DNA of 64,000 nucleotides from Paraspadella gotoi. Lineage: Eukaryota; Animalia; Chaetognatha. The notes beneath the pieces are model-generated. The model saw nothing but the letters and a program-made list of their open reading frames with translations. It was not told the origin of the DNA and made no database searches. The translations under genes and the position numbers were made by a program. The number at the start of each line of letters is the position of its first letter. Position 1 is the stretch's first letter. The stretch is taken from contig CM119267.1 in the NCBI GenBank assembly GCA_051294375.1, positions 18,881,439 through 18,945,438 on the forward strand, written 5' to 3'. Positions 36,950 to 49,348 of this stretch are shown here, one piece after another.

Positions 36950-38165
36950 CATCACCCTAAACTATTGCACATACGATTCGGGCGCCATCTATTCTGGAAT
37001 CATCGACGAGGCTCGATGGTCCAACGTCAAACTTGGTCCGTCGCGAAGGATCCAGCGGTGCGCCCCGAACCCCATCTTGGAAATGCTGAAACTTGGCAAC
37101 TATCAAATCCTCCAACCAGACTATACCAAAGTTTTGATCTTGATGATGGTCGACGCGATCTTGGGCTCAGTCTACGTCCTCCTTCATCTCATCCAAAGGA
37201 AACGAGTTTTCGAGACGATACAATTTTTGAGTTTCGCTTGGACCCCGATCGTTGCAGTCGTCATCAATATCCATTTGGCCTTGGGTCATAAAGGGAGACT
37301 CGTGGCCTCTGGATGTTTCGAAAGCGATGGAATCATGAGAAAAGATCATTGTCTCATCAGAGACGAAGAATTGAAAGAGGTCATTCTGTCCAAGATCAGT
37401 CTGTACGGAAGTTTTCATCTCGTGACCAATTTCTTTTACACGGCGCCAAATTTGTTTTTCATATTTTTCACGATGGAATTTTGGTTTCGACGTCAACTTG
37501 GAACCAAGATAAGCGTCTTCGTCTTATTTCTCGCGGGATTAATTTTCGTCGGATCCTTATGTTTATTATATATTTACATAAATCTCGACAACGGACAGTA
37601 TTTTCGCTACATGGCTTGGTCTCCCTACATGCAATTTCGTAGAGTCATAAAAGACATGTCATTCAAGATCTTCTCATATTTTATTCTTCATGAAAACATA
37701 TTTGTTTTCGCGACGGCTGCAATACTGCCGCTTTTTTCGCTCACTTTTTCAATGCTTTTAAAAGCGGCGAAGACCGCGAAGAGCAAAGCGGCCGTCAAGT
37801 CGCTATTGTTGTCATCTATCGGGATCGTTGTCTTTTGTTTCAATCGGTTTTCTACTAATAGAGGGCGACACTACGACTTTAACGATTTGTACCAAGTTCT
37901 CAACGAACGTAAAACCTACGAACTCCGAATGCTTCAAAACAGTTACTGGTTGGCGACACTGGCAGAATCTCCCAGTAATTATTGCGCAAAGAATATTGCT
38001 TTTCCTTTCGTGGATTATCTATCCAATAAATATACATTCAAGGCTTTCAGAGAGATACAAAATTCTTTCGGAAGTTGTATACGTAATGAATACACAGAGA
38101 GATATGGCTTGGTCAAGCTTTTGGTCTTGCTCGTTCCAATTTTGGGATTTTTGTTGTGTTTTTAG
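36950..38165 (+). CDS. Uninterrupted multi-TM membrane protein ORF (about 400 aa visible; start lies in the gap), possibly divergent XK-like
   Basis: A 1.2-kb stop-free frame in AT-rich DNA with about 7-8 hydrophobic segments and Cys-containing loops. 'LVTNFFYTAPNLFFIFF' weakly resembles the XK signature. AATAAA at about 38193. Confidence 0.7.
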
Positions 38166-40980
38166 TAAAATTTAGGCATCGAGATGATTATGAATAAATT
38201 TAATGTTTGCACGACTAATTTATTGTATTTCTTGTTTTTCATATACTTCACAGTGGTTTTCAATCATTCAATGGCACATGAATATTGTTTAATGATTTAC
38301 TAAAGGTTGTAGTTGGTAGTAACACCTTAAAATGTTTCCTTGTAATCCATTCTTCTTTTTTTTTGAGTAATTTTTATGAGTCTTAATGACTTAATTCTTA
38401 TTCCGTAATGGATTTAGATATCTGATAATTTCCCTTAGTTTTAAATAATGAAGATACTGTGAAAAATTAACACAAATTTTTTTTTGACAGATATTTTGAC
38501 ATATTTTCTTTGAAATTGTCATGTTTCATATCATTATTCGTATTTGTTTATGTTTTATTTACAAAACAAAAACGTTTTAATCATATGTCGCTCTCTCTCT
38601 CTCTTTTAATTATATGTCGCTCTCTCTCTCTCTCTCTCTCTCTCTCGTCAGGCGAGATCCTATTCTTTTAAGATTTTTTATTAGGACTTTTTACTACTTT
38701 ACTATTCATAGTCTTTTTCTTTTTTTTCCTCATCCTCCCACTTTTATCCTCTTTTCTCGCAAATCTTTTTTATGACCCTTTTTTTTTCTCCGCCGTTATT
38801 ACTACATCTTTCGCATAAGTAATATAAACGGATTTTTAATGAGAGTAGTCTTATACGCACTAAAACTCGTTCTTCGTCCATTCTTTTAATGCTAATATAT
38901 ATTCTCTCTCTCTCTCTCTCAGTCTCTCCATCCTCTCGTCTCTCTCATCTCTCTGCATCGTCTCTCTGGTCTCTCTCGTCTGCTTTCTCTATCTCTCTCT
39001 CTTGCTCTTCTCGCTCGCTCTCCCTTCGCTCTTGTCTCAGCTCCATCACTGATCTCTTCATCTCTCTCTCTCCTCTCTCTCTCGTTCTTCTCTCTCTCTT
39101 CCACTAGCTTATTGTTTTTAATCTTGCCTCCTCTCCATTTTTTCCTTTATCCTATTTTCTCCTCCATACATTAGTTCCACTTTTTTGCTTTTTCTTTTCC
39201 TAATTTTTTTTCCTCTTTTCTTCTTCCTTCACAATCGCGAATGAAATCATCGTTCGGCTTCGTCTCTGTCGTCGTCGTCGCCGTCATCGTCGCAATCGTC
39301 GTCGTCATCGTCGCAATCGTCGTCGTCAGATGTCGTCATCGTCATTCAAGAACGTAATAAAACAATTCCCTGAAAGAGATGATTATCAGCGATAAAATCT
39401 CAACTTCTGTGTGAAATCTTAATATTCTCTCAAGAATTAAGAGAAATAATTCACGCCAGTCTGTATTTATATTGATACTTTTTATATCCACCGTGTTTAC
39501 TTTATTTCCCACAACGCTTGTTTTCCTCGTTTTGCCAAACAACAACAAAACCAACGTTAACGAATCGTTTAGAATTCTTTCACATTCCTTCATAACATCG
39601 GCGAATACTTTTCTTCTCCGCCAAGAGAGAGCGCTGCAGGTGGGAGTCGTCGATGTCGCTGGGGAAAAGAAGACAAATGAGCATCGATGCGATGAAAGTC
39701 AAAAGGGAAGCTTCGTCGTCGTCGTCGTTGCGGTGATCGAGATGTGGTGATTGAAGGAATCGAGGTGATAGATTCGTGGGCGTGAAACAGATCCCTGATG
39801 TAGAAGTTTGTACAAACTACAAAGAAGTAAAGACCTTAAAGATAACCACTATGGGCAATCTAACGACACACAGTCGCACTCTATGAGAAAGAAACATTTG
39901 TAGAGCCAGAAAAAAAAAAGATTTTAAAGTTTACCTAAGACTCAACTAAAAAGTTAGGTAATATTTTTATTGGGTGGAAGGCTAACTGGGCAATTAGTTT
40001 CCTCAAACCTAAAGTTTCCTTAGGTTTTCAAGCACCACAGAAAATACTTCAAAAATGAAATTAACGATGAAGAACGTAAATTGGAATCCAACGGCGAAAG
40101 TTTAATCTTCGAAAAGAAAATTATGAATCGGCCATGAAATTTTGTCGCTCAACTTGTCTGCATTTTAATGAAAAGCTCCTAAACCTTCGAATGATATTTT
40201 TATCTCTCGAAATTTTTAATTCGTAGAACGATTTTACTTAAATCCTAAAAGTTTTTCTGATATTAACGGATAAAAAGAAATTAGAAATATTTACGCTTAT
40301 ATCCAAATTAATTTTAAGTTAGTTGATTAACGCAGCGTTCCCTATAAAACATTTAAAATTTTTACTTTTAATACAATAAATAGATCAATTTGGCAATTGA
40401 AACATAATATATGGCCTACGATTTCTCTCTGACTGAGGGACGAAGATCTTTACCCATCAACACCTTTTACATTCACTCCACCTTCGATCTCCCTTTAATT
40501 CGCTTCTAGAATAAAACTATATTTTATTTCGTTCCCATTTTTTTTCTTCATTTTTTCATTTCATCATATCGACGAAAGGCCCTGCGCCGTCTGTCGTATT
40601 GCCTTTTTTTTTTCCTTCAGCGTCCGTCTTTTGTTTTTCTTTTTCTCCATACTTTTCCTCCGCCTCGAGCGACTGCATCGCCATCTGCTAAAGTTCTTTT
40701 TTCCCATCGTCTCCGCCCACTCGTCATCGCTCGTCGATCCTGAGAACGAGAAGGGTTTTCCTCGCCCCGGTCACGATTCCCTCTTCCCTTCTTTATTCGC
40801 GGCGTTTCTTGTTCCGTTCAGGCCTCTCTTGCTGGCTTTCTCGTCTCTCTCTCTCATCTCTCTCTCTCTCTTCTCTCTCTTCGTCTCTCTCTTCTCGTCT
40901 CTCTCTCTCTCTCCTCGATAATGCGCGATTTGTTTTCATGCCCTAAAGTTAGTCTTTTTTTCTTGTCAGCCTCCCTCCCC

Positions 40981-41282
40981 ACTCTGAAGCGCATAGTAAG
41001 GTGGGACAGCAGGAGAAATTTCGATACAAGCCTCGCTACCCAGCTGTGTAACCACTACACTGCTGAAGCCATAGTAAGGTGGTGGACAGCAGAAAATTTT
41101 CATACAGCCTCGCTACCCAGCTGGTAACCACTACACGTCTGAAGCCATAGTAAGGTGGACAGCGGAAGAAAATTTCATACAGCCTCGCTACCCAGCTGTA
41201 ACCACTACACTCTGGGAGCGCATAGTAAGGTGGACAGCAGAAGAAATGTTCATACAGCCTCGCTACCCAGCTGTAACCACTA
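40981..41282. repeat. Tandem array of four complex units of about 72 nt
   Basis: Unit: actctgaagccatagtaaggtggacagcagaagaaatttcatacagcctcgctacccagctgtaaccactac. Confidence 0.92.
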
Positions 41283-42225
41283 ATTCTCTTTCTTTAAGCT
41301 TCTCCTCTTGTTTTTCTCTTTCAAACTTTTCCTCTCTCTTTCTCTCTTCCTCTCCCTATTTCTCTTCCTCCGTCTCTTCCTCTCGCTATTTTATTTATTT
41401 TCTATCTTTCATACATACACTTATTCTTTTTCGTCTCCTTTATACGACATCGATCGTAATTTATTAATAAATTTATTAATAAATTGCAAAAAAGAAAAAA
41501 ATCTTCTTCTTTTTCTTCTTCTTCTTCTTCTTCGGTTGTTTTCCTCCACAAAATAAAATATTTTTTAATTCCTCCTTTACTAAAACTTTTCAAGTTCATC
41601 TCTCTCTTTCTCTCTCTCTTTCTCCTCCTCTTGCTCTTCCTCTCCTTTCTATTGTTCTTCCGCCTCTTCCTCCTCCTCCTCCTCCTTACACTCCCACGTT
41701 ACTACCTCTTCTAATGACAGTTAGATGGCGCTTCAGGGCGGACCCCTCTTTTTCTCCGCCACCATTATGTTAATGTAGTTGTCCAAAAAAAATGGTCCCC
41801 CGGTTTACTTTTACAGCTCACTCGTTTGTCTCTCTCACTCTCTTTCTGTTTCTCTCTCGGGGTGTATCTCTCTCTCTCAATCTCTCTCTCTCTCTCTCTC
41901 TCTCCTCTCTTCTCTCTCATTCTCTCTCCCCCTCTCTCTCTCCTCCTCCTCCTGCCTCCATATATCTCAGCTCCCCCTCGTCACATCCCTCTTCCCCCGG
42001 ACGTGACCTTTTGTTCGCACCAGTTTCGTCATCCGCCGCCAGGGGAGTCGAGGGAGACGTCGCGTCGGATTGTTCCTTTTTTTTTCTCGGGTTGTTGTTT
42101 GCGTCGATGCGAGCGCATGCGCCGAATCGAAACAGACGTCCGTTATTTCTTTTTCTTTTTTGGCTCCCTCCTCTATTTACTTTCTTCCTTGTTTGGTGAT
42201 TTTCTTTCTTTTTTTTTCCCTTTTT

Positions 42226-42320
<95 letters not shown>

Positions 42321-42617
42321 CTCATATTTTCGTATACTTTTTGGAACGCTTTACTCCTTTTTTCCCATTCTCTTTTTCCTTTCTTTCCCCTTTTCTCATT
42401 TCCTCTTTTCCCCCATTTTCCTTTTTTTCTCCCTTTTAACTCCTTTCTTTCCCTTTCCCCCCCGAAAAAAAAAACGACGAAAAAGAAGAAACGAGAAACG
42501 ATTTCGATCACGAAAACAGAAAAAGATATTTTCCTCGCGAGCGAAACGAAAAGACGAATCAAAATAAGAACTAAACTGTCACCTTTTTTTTTGCCACAAA
42601 CACATCACCAGAGGATA

Positions 42618-42653
<36 letters not shown>

Positions 42654-42839
42654 TCGTGGTCGGTCGTCGCTTTGGTTGATTCAAGTTTGCGGCGCGGGAA
42701 GGGATTCTATCAAGTAGTTTAAATGCGATTTTTATCTGATGGTTTATTTGGCTCGTTGGTCTTTTTTTTTGTAATATTTTTTTTTTTTTGAGTTCAAGTA
42801 ACAATGCGCGAGATCTACTTCGAAATACTTTCCGCAGAA

Positions 42840-43112
42840 TCATATTCATTGTCGTCGTCATCGTCGTCATCGTTAACATCGCCATTAATATAAACATTTT
42901 TATCATCATTATCATCATCATAATCATTATCATCATCACCATCACCATCGCCATTAATATTATCATCATCATCATCGTCATCATCATCATCATCGTCAAC
43001 ATTACTAATATCATTGCCTTCATCATCATAATTATAATCATCATTATCATCATCATTTTCATCATTATCATCGTCGTTACCAGCATCATCATCATCATCA
43101 TCATCATCATCA
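42840..43112. repeat. Degenerate (CAT)n microsatellite
   Basis: Directly visible; it explains the poly-Ile and poly-Met ORFs. Confidence 0.95.
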
Positions 43113-43617
43113 AGAAGTGGCGACCCCGACGCAATTCGTCATCGTCTCCACTAGGATAAGATTTGTCCTTTGACTTTTCTTCTGATGAGACGTCGCTTTT
43201 TCCTTTTTTTTTCTTTCCCCTTTTTTTTTACTTTCTTTTTCTTTTTCCCCTTCTTTTCCTTTATTCATTTACGTGGGGAAAGAAAGATTATTAGTTTTTC
43301 TCCTTGGGACAGAAAAATGTCGCGAAAATTTATTCGCATTCGTGTGAATATATCTTAACTATGCGCTCATTAACTTTTAGATTTTTAAGTTGACAGTTAG
43401 TTAATTTCTATCTCAATGATGGTATATATTTCTACATGTATTAATTTTCAAGAATCGTTTAACTTTAAGTTTATTATTTAACCTTATTATTTAAAGAAAG
43501 TCTATTTATTATATCAGTTTTATTTTTAAACATTGTTTACAGTCAAAACATCAAAACATTTATTATGAAAACATTAAATACTTTNNNNNNNNNNCAGCTT
43601 CCTATCTTTGAATTTTT

Positions 43618-43813
43618 AATATTTTTGGTCTTTGCTTGCCATAAGGAAAAATGAAAGTTTTAGATTAAAATTATTTATTGAGAAAATCACAATATTTCGA
43701 AGACTTCTGTCTTCATCAAAGGTGAAGTCTTCGAAATATTGTGATTTTCTCAATAAATAATTTTAATTCAAAACTTTCATTTTTCCTTAAGGCAAGCAAA
43801 GACCAAAAATATT
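43618..43813. repeat. Palindrome of about 195 bp with a hammerhead-like centre
   Basis: Arms at 43618-43707 and 43724-43813. The minus strand of the centre reads 'cac ctttGATGAAGAC agaa GTCttc GAAA tatt gtg...aataaa'. Confidence 0.8.
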
Positions 43814-44416
43814 CCAGAATGAGCTCTCTGAAAAACTACATAACTTCCTATCTTTGTTTACTGTTAGCTAGCTGTTCATTGTTCGTTGTTCAATGTTCAG
43901 TGTTCGTCCTTCGTTCACTCCTCATTCATCCCTCAGCTCAAAACGTCTCGCACTTTCTCCTTGTTGCCAAAAAACGTGCTGGCGAATTTCGGGGTCGCGT
44001 GACGCTGAAGAAGATGCGCGTCTGGGTCACGTGGTTAGGAATGAGTCGCGCGGGGGATCAAAATGATCCCAACTGGGAAATTTTGAGATCAGAGGAGATC
44101 GCGGAAATAAAGATCATGACGCGTTATTAGGCTTGTCGAGGGGGATTCGTAATCATCGCTCGCTCAAAACATTGACTTTAAAGTAACTTCATTTACGAGA
44201 TTACAGATTCATCTTTGAGCCAACAGTTATTCAATAATGAGACGAGATCTTTCTCTGTAGAACAAAGGATAAATAAAACTAAGATCAGAGTTTAATCATT
44301 GATATATGTCTTTAAGCTCAAAAATTTACCATGAAATTGGGACAACAAATATAAAAATTATCCATTCATTTAATAAATAAGCTATCTTGCCCCTGACTTT
44401 GGACAGGCTTTAGTGG

Positions 44417-44917
44417 TTTAAGGCCTCCATAACTCTTACAAGATAATGACATAGCAGGTCCCTGCAAGCTTTCAATCAAGACCCTCTCACAGAATTGTTT
44501 ATTCACTCCCATGAAGTGGTATAATATTTCAAAGAATGTTTCAATTTTATGAAAAGACCACCTCCCTTAAGTATTAGATCGTGGATTTTAAGAGCATTCA
44601 TCATTCAGCTTTATGAAAATAAATTGATATTCTAGATTCACGTCTGAGAACCGAAATTCATCTTCGAGACATGAGATTCATCGCAGATCTTCCGAATATG
44701 AATCCCATTCCTCGCGTGATGACGAACGAGATGCGTCCGCGTCAAACGACGAACGACGGACGTCGAGGTCACGTGACGTTGAATAACGTTCGTCATCCTC
44801 ACGTTTCGGCCAAAAAGAGGGCGGGGGGGGGGGGGCGGCCTGGCAAAGGGGAGTCGCGACCCTTCGCCCGGGAGGCGCGTGCTTAGGAGAACGTGGGGGC
44901 GAGTGAGAGAGAAAGAA

Positions 44918-45014
<97 letters not shown>

Positions 45015-46176
45015 GAAGAGACAAAACTAGTGGAGAGCCGAAGGAAACAGAGACAACGACTCGGAACCTCCGTGGAATTGCATATTTGAACAGCGCTATC
45101 ACCTTGACAAGTTCAAAATTCTTCGAATCGTTTATAGGGAAATATATAGTGATAACTTTTAGACAACACAACTAAATTTTACAAATAGCGTCGATGCGAG
45201 CGGAAACCTTCATTTCTAATGTGGCACTTAGATTAATTAATGATATCGGATAAGATTCGTTTCATTTCCTACGGATATTCCAGATTTGACTTTAATGACC
45301 CTCGTCAGAAAAAATTAAGTCGTTGCTTTATTTTAAATAATTTTATAATAACAAAGACGTTAAAGTACGTTAAAACAAACGTAATACAAGAATTCAAAAC
45401 AATGATCAAACGGACTTGGAAAAAAAAACTGTTGAAATGTGAATAATAATAATTGATTCCGACGTCAATGAGTAAAAAATGAAGTTTTCCAACTTTTGGT
45501 TCGTGTTATCCGTTTTTTTTTCGCAATATGAAAAGACTGAGGTCAATTCGAGTCGCCAGAAGACGCGTTTACTTTCAAACTTGAGCCACTCTCGGCAGCA
45601 GACGATTTCTCCTTCGCGGTCCAGGTTGATCTCGACGCGACCGCAGACTCTGCTTTTAAGGCCTCATAACTCTCTACAAGATAATGACATAGCAGGTCCC
45701 TGCCAAGCTTTCAATCAAGACCCTCTCACCAGAATTGTTTATTCACTCCCCATGAAGTGGTTATTAATATTTCAAAGAATGTTCAATTTTATGAAAGCCA
45801 CTCCCTTAAGTATTAGATCGTGATATTTAAGGAGCATTCATCATTCAGCTTTATGAAAATAAATTGAATATTTCTAGATTCACGTCTCGAGAACGCGAAA
45901 TTCATCTTCGAGACATTGAGATTCATCGCAGATCTTTCCGAATATGAATTCCATTCCTCGCGTTGATGACGAACGAGGAGCGTCCGCGTCAAACGACGAC
46001 GACGACGTCGAGGTCACGTGACGTTGAATAACGTTCGTCATCCTCACGTTTCGGCCAAAAAGAGGCGGGGGTGGGGGGGGGCGGCCTGGCAAAGGGAGTC
46101 GCGACCTTCGCCCGGAGGCGCGTGCTTAGAGAACGTAGCGGGGCGAGTGAGAGAGAGAAAGAAAGAGAGAGAGCAG

Positions 46177-46208
<32 letters not shown>

Positions 46209-46211
46209 GAG

Positions 46212-46251
<40 letters not shown>

Positions 46252-46907
46252 ATGAGGGAGAAGAGACAAAACTAGTGGAGAGCCGAAGCGAAACAGAGAG
46301 CAACGACTCGGAAGCCTCCGTGGAATTGCATATTTGAAAACAGCGCTATCACCTTGACAAGTTCAAATTCTTCGAATTACGTTTATAGGGAAAATATAGT
46401 GATAACTTTTAGACAACACAACTAAATTTTTACAAATAGCGTCGATGCGAGCGGAAAACCTTCATTTCTAATGTGGCACTTAGATTAATTAATGATAGTC
46501 GGATAAGATTCGGTTTCATTTCCTACGGATATTCCAGATTTGACCCTCGATCAGAAAAAATTTAAATCGTTGGTTTATTTTAATTAATTTCATAATAACA
46601 AAGACGTTAAAGTACGTTAAAACAAAACGTTAATACAAGAATTCAAAACAATGATCAAACGGACTTGAAAAAAAAACTGTTGAAATGTGAATAATAATAA
46701 TTGATTCCGACGTCAATGAGTAAAAAATGAAGTTTTCCAACTTTTGGTTCTTGTTATCCGTTTTTTTTTTTTTTTTGCAATTAAAAAAAGACTGAGGTCA
46801 ATTCGAGTCGCCAGAAGACGCGTTTACTTTCAAACTTGAGCCACTCTCGGCAGCAGACGATTTCTCCTTCGCGGTCCAGGTTGATCTCGACGCACCGCAG
46901 ACTCTGC
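44417..46907. repeat. Tandem duplication of about 1.24 kb (44417-45654 and 45656-46907) including the C1GALT1 3' end
   Basis: The two copies are colinear, differ mostly by indels, and end next to the N gap at 46924. Confidence 0.9.
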
Positions 46908-47844
46908 TCCCTCTAGAGTGGCTNNNNNNNNNNNNNNNNNNNNNNNNNTTCGAAGACAAGCTAGCGTTGACCATGGACTTGGATAAGCCAACCGTTATCT
47001 CAGTTACGTTGAAATTCAAGCTTGAGTCAACCTCTGCCGACGTTGGGATTTTTTCTTCCTCGGTCATTTTTAAATTCGCCATCAGAGTTGGCTCAGCTTT
47101 TTCCCCTGCTGTGGATTTTCGCGATATGCCAGATGTCGCAGAGGCGTTAACATTCGTGCTTGATTCTACCGCGGCCAAATTTGGTTTCACTGCCCCTGTA
47201 GACTCGGCTCTCACCGCTGCTATGGATTTCGGACTATCTTCCAAGGACGAAGCGTCGTTATTGTTGTCAATCGATTCAGATGAGTTAAAACTAATATTTG
47301 TCGTCGTTATCCCGGATATTGCAGATGCGTTTACTTTTACAGTAGATTCAACCCCTGCCGATGTTGGTATTTGCTCCTCCGTCATTTTCGAACTCGTCAC
47401 CACAGTTGATTTCACATTCACTGTTGATTTCACATTCACTGTTGATTTTGGACTGTCTTTCAAGGAGACGTCGTTATTATATGACGCCTCAACCTCCACA
47501 CTCGTTTCAACCGCTCCCGTCGTGGGTCTTTCCGCCAACGATGTTTTCAAAGTCGTGGCTACGGACGGTTCGGCGGTGACCGCCGCCGTAGACTCTCGAA
47601 CTTCTTCCAAAGACCAGCTGGTGTTAGTGAAGGCACCCGTGACACTACGTGTCCGAAGACGGTACAGCAAGTAGTCGAGAGTCACCATCATATCGGGAGC
47701 GATGTAGTGAAAGGAGATGGCGGTGTCGCTGCAACACTCTGGTCCATCTCTGAACCCGTAGAAGTCGTAGGAACGGAGCCAGTCTGCAGAGGCGTTCTCA
47801 ATCAAGTGCGTCCACGGAGAAAAAGGCATGAACCTTTCTCGACC
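46798..47844 (-). CDS. C1GALT1: C1GALT1-like terminal exon with Ser/Thr-rich extension
   Basis: 'GRERFMPFSPWTHL...WLRSYDFYGFRDGPECCSDTAISFHYIAPDMMVTLDYLLYRLR' matches the core-1 galactosyltransferase C-terminus, then about 280 aa of S/T/E/V/A-rich sequence follow. Acceptor cag at 47845-47847. Confidence 0.9.
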   Translation of the reverse strand, partial: GRERFMPFSPWTHLIENASADWLRSYDFYGFRDGPECCSDTAISFHYIAPDMMVTLDYLLYRLRTRSVTGAFTNTSWSLEEVRESTAAVTAEPSVATTLKTSLAERPTTGAVETSVEVEASYNNDVSLKDSPKSTVNVKSTVNVKSTVVTSSKMTEEQIPTSAGVESTVKVNASAISGITTTNISFNSSESIDNNNDASSLEDSPKSIAAVRAESTGAVKPNLAAVESSTNVNASATSGISRKSTAGEKAEPTLMANLKMTEEEKIPTSAEVDSSLNFNVTEITVGLSKSMVNASLSSXXXXXXXXXSHSRGSRVCGASRSTWTAKEKSSAAESGSSLKVNASSGDSN

Positions 47845-48235
47845 CTGATTTAGAATAAAAAGGGGGCGGGGAAGAATCGGAATTACTGCAATATCACTAG
47901 TTATTATTATTATTATTATTATGTCATTATTATTATTATTATTATTTATTATTAATTAATTATTTATTCATGAATTATTATTACTAGATAAAAAAAACAG
48001 CGCTAAATTACCGACGCAAAGTTTGTGAAGTTAAGCACACTGGTAAAACTATACTAAATTTATGAGGTTATGAAAAAAACGAGTTAGCATATTACCAGTT
48101 TTATCGACTTCACATTCTTCATATAAAAAAATAAATACGGAATGTCTTACGTTATTCTAGAGTCCCTCTCTCCCCCTCTTTTCATTCCCACCTCCCCGAC
48201 CGGGTCCCCCCCACCGCCCAAAAAACAAACCAAAC

Positions 48236-48433
48236 CTGTTCCGTCTCATAGAATCCCCCGGCACACATAGACATCTCCGCCATCTCCAAACATTTTCCCC
48301 ACCCCGACGTCTTCTGAGTATTCGGTTAAAGCTGGCAGTTGCCGGACAGCAGCCGCCGCGCGGCCAACGACCGCGACGACACAGCACGACTCGGGAGAGG
48401 ACCGTAGCCGGGCGCGCCAGACATGTCTTAGCC
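48236..48433 (-). CDS. C1GALT1: C1GALT1-like exon (GYMSGGAGYVLSR...EDV.MG.CL...GDS.D), with indel errors
   Basis: 'ggcta..acatgtctggcgcgcc.ggctac.gtcctctcccga' corresponds to GYMSGGAGYVLSR. It has a tag acceptor and a cag|gtttgg donor. Confidence 0.8.
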
Positions 48434-48660
48434 CTACTTAATAGAAAGAAATAATAAGATGAAAAATTGGGAGAAGTCAGAAGATAGGGAGGTTCGGAAA
48501 GAGAGAGGAGAGGAGGATAGAGAAGAGATCGAGAGGACAGGATAGAGAGATCGAGACTCGACGAGAGGAGAGAGAGATTCGAGAGGAGAGATGAGGATGA
48601 GATTTGGATTTTTTTAATATGCCCCCCAATATGTTCCGAAAGAATTAAAAACCATTATTA

Positions 48661-49348
48661 GAAGGTAGCACCCAAATTTCAAATTTTAATGCCGGAACAG
48701 GCCATGTAAACTAATCCATTATTTGTATTAATTATATGTGTTTAAAATATTTTTTTTTACCAAAACATGCTTTCACGAACCATGAAGGCTAATTCGCTAA
48801 TTAATATTATTTTATCTTGGCTATATAATGTTGTCAAAAAATTTTTTTTTTTGGATATTTAAGTTTTTTAATTGATTCTGATAGAGCTTTAAAAAGTTTA
48901 AGCCAAAAAATATAATTACAATCTTTTTTAAAATGTTTGATGTTGTTTATTTACTAAAAATTTAGTTAAAAAACTGCTAAAATCATTCGGATGTATTGAT
49001 GATTGCATGATGGATTTTTTTTAAGGTTTTTCTCAATTTAAAACCCACTATTATCATCCAAAATATTGAAAAAAGAATTATGACTTTGTGTAGCATTTAA
49101 CTTGTTCATAAGCTATTTGTGAAATCTGCTTTTAAAAATAAAAAAATTCTAAAAAATAAATTTTTGGACATTGTCCTATCTATTAAATTAACATATTAAA
49201 AAATTAATTACTAATGCTTCTTGCCATTTATATCAGAAAATTTTGCGTCCATTTGAAAGTTTCTCAGAAATGTATGCAAGTTTCATTTGGCAAAGGTTTC
49301 CCAAATCAAACTTCTGGACCCAACCCCATTGACGAAGTTTGGCCTCTC
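48661..49348. mobile_element. Intronic DNA-transposon-like insertion of about 690 bp with an 8-9 bp target-site duplication
   Basis: Flanked by accattat(t)a at 48651-48660 and accattata at 49349-49357. It is absent from the duplicate locus at about 57078, which has a single accattata. Degenerate TIRs: ga(a)gg..ccaaatttc and gaagtttggcctctc. Confidence 0.75.

Noticed and set aside
39342-39750. Overlapping short ORFs in a moderately complex patch
   Set aside because: No recognisable domain and no consistent splice signals.
40981-41282. CRISPR array or tRNA gene cluster
   Set aside because: Units are identical end to end with no unique spacers, the context is eukaryotic with no cas genes, and there is no T-arm/B-box or cloverleaf.
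42571-43159. Poly-Met and poly-Ile ORFs
   Set aside because: (CAT)n microsatellite translation.
46967-47674. 235-aa plus-strand ORF
   Set aside because: Antisense shadow of the C1GALT1 tail.
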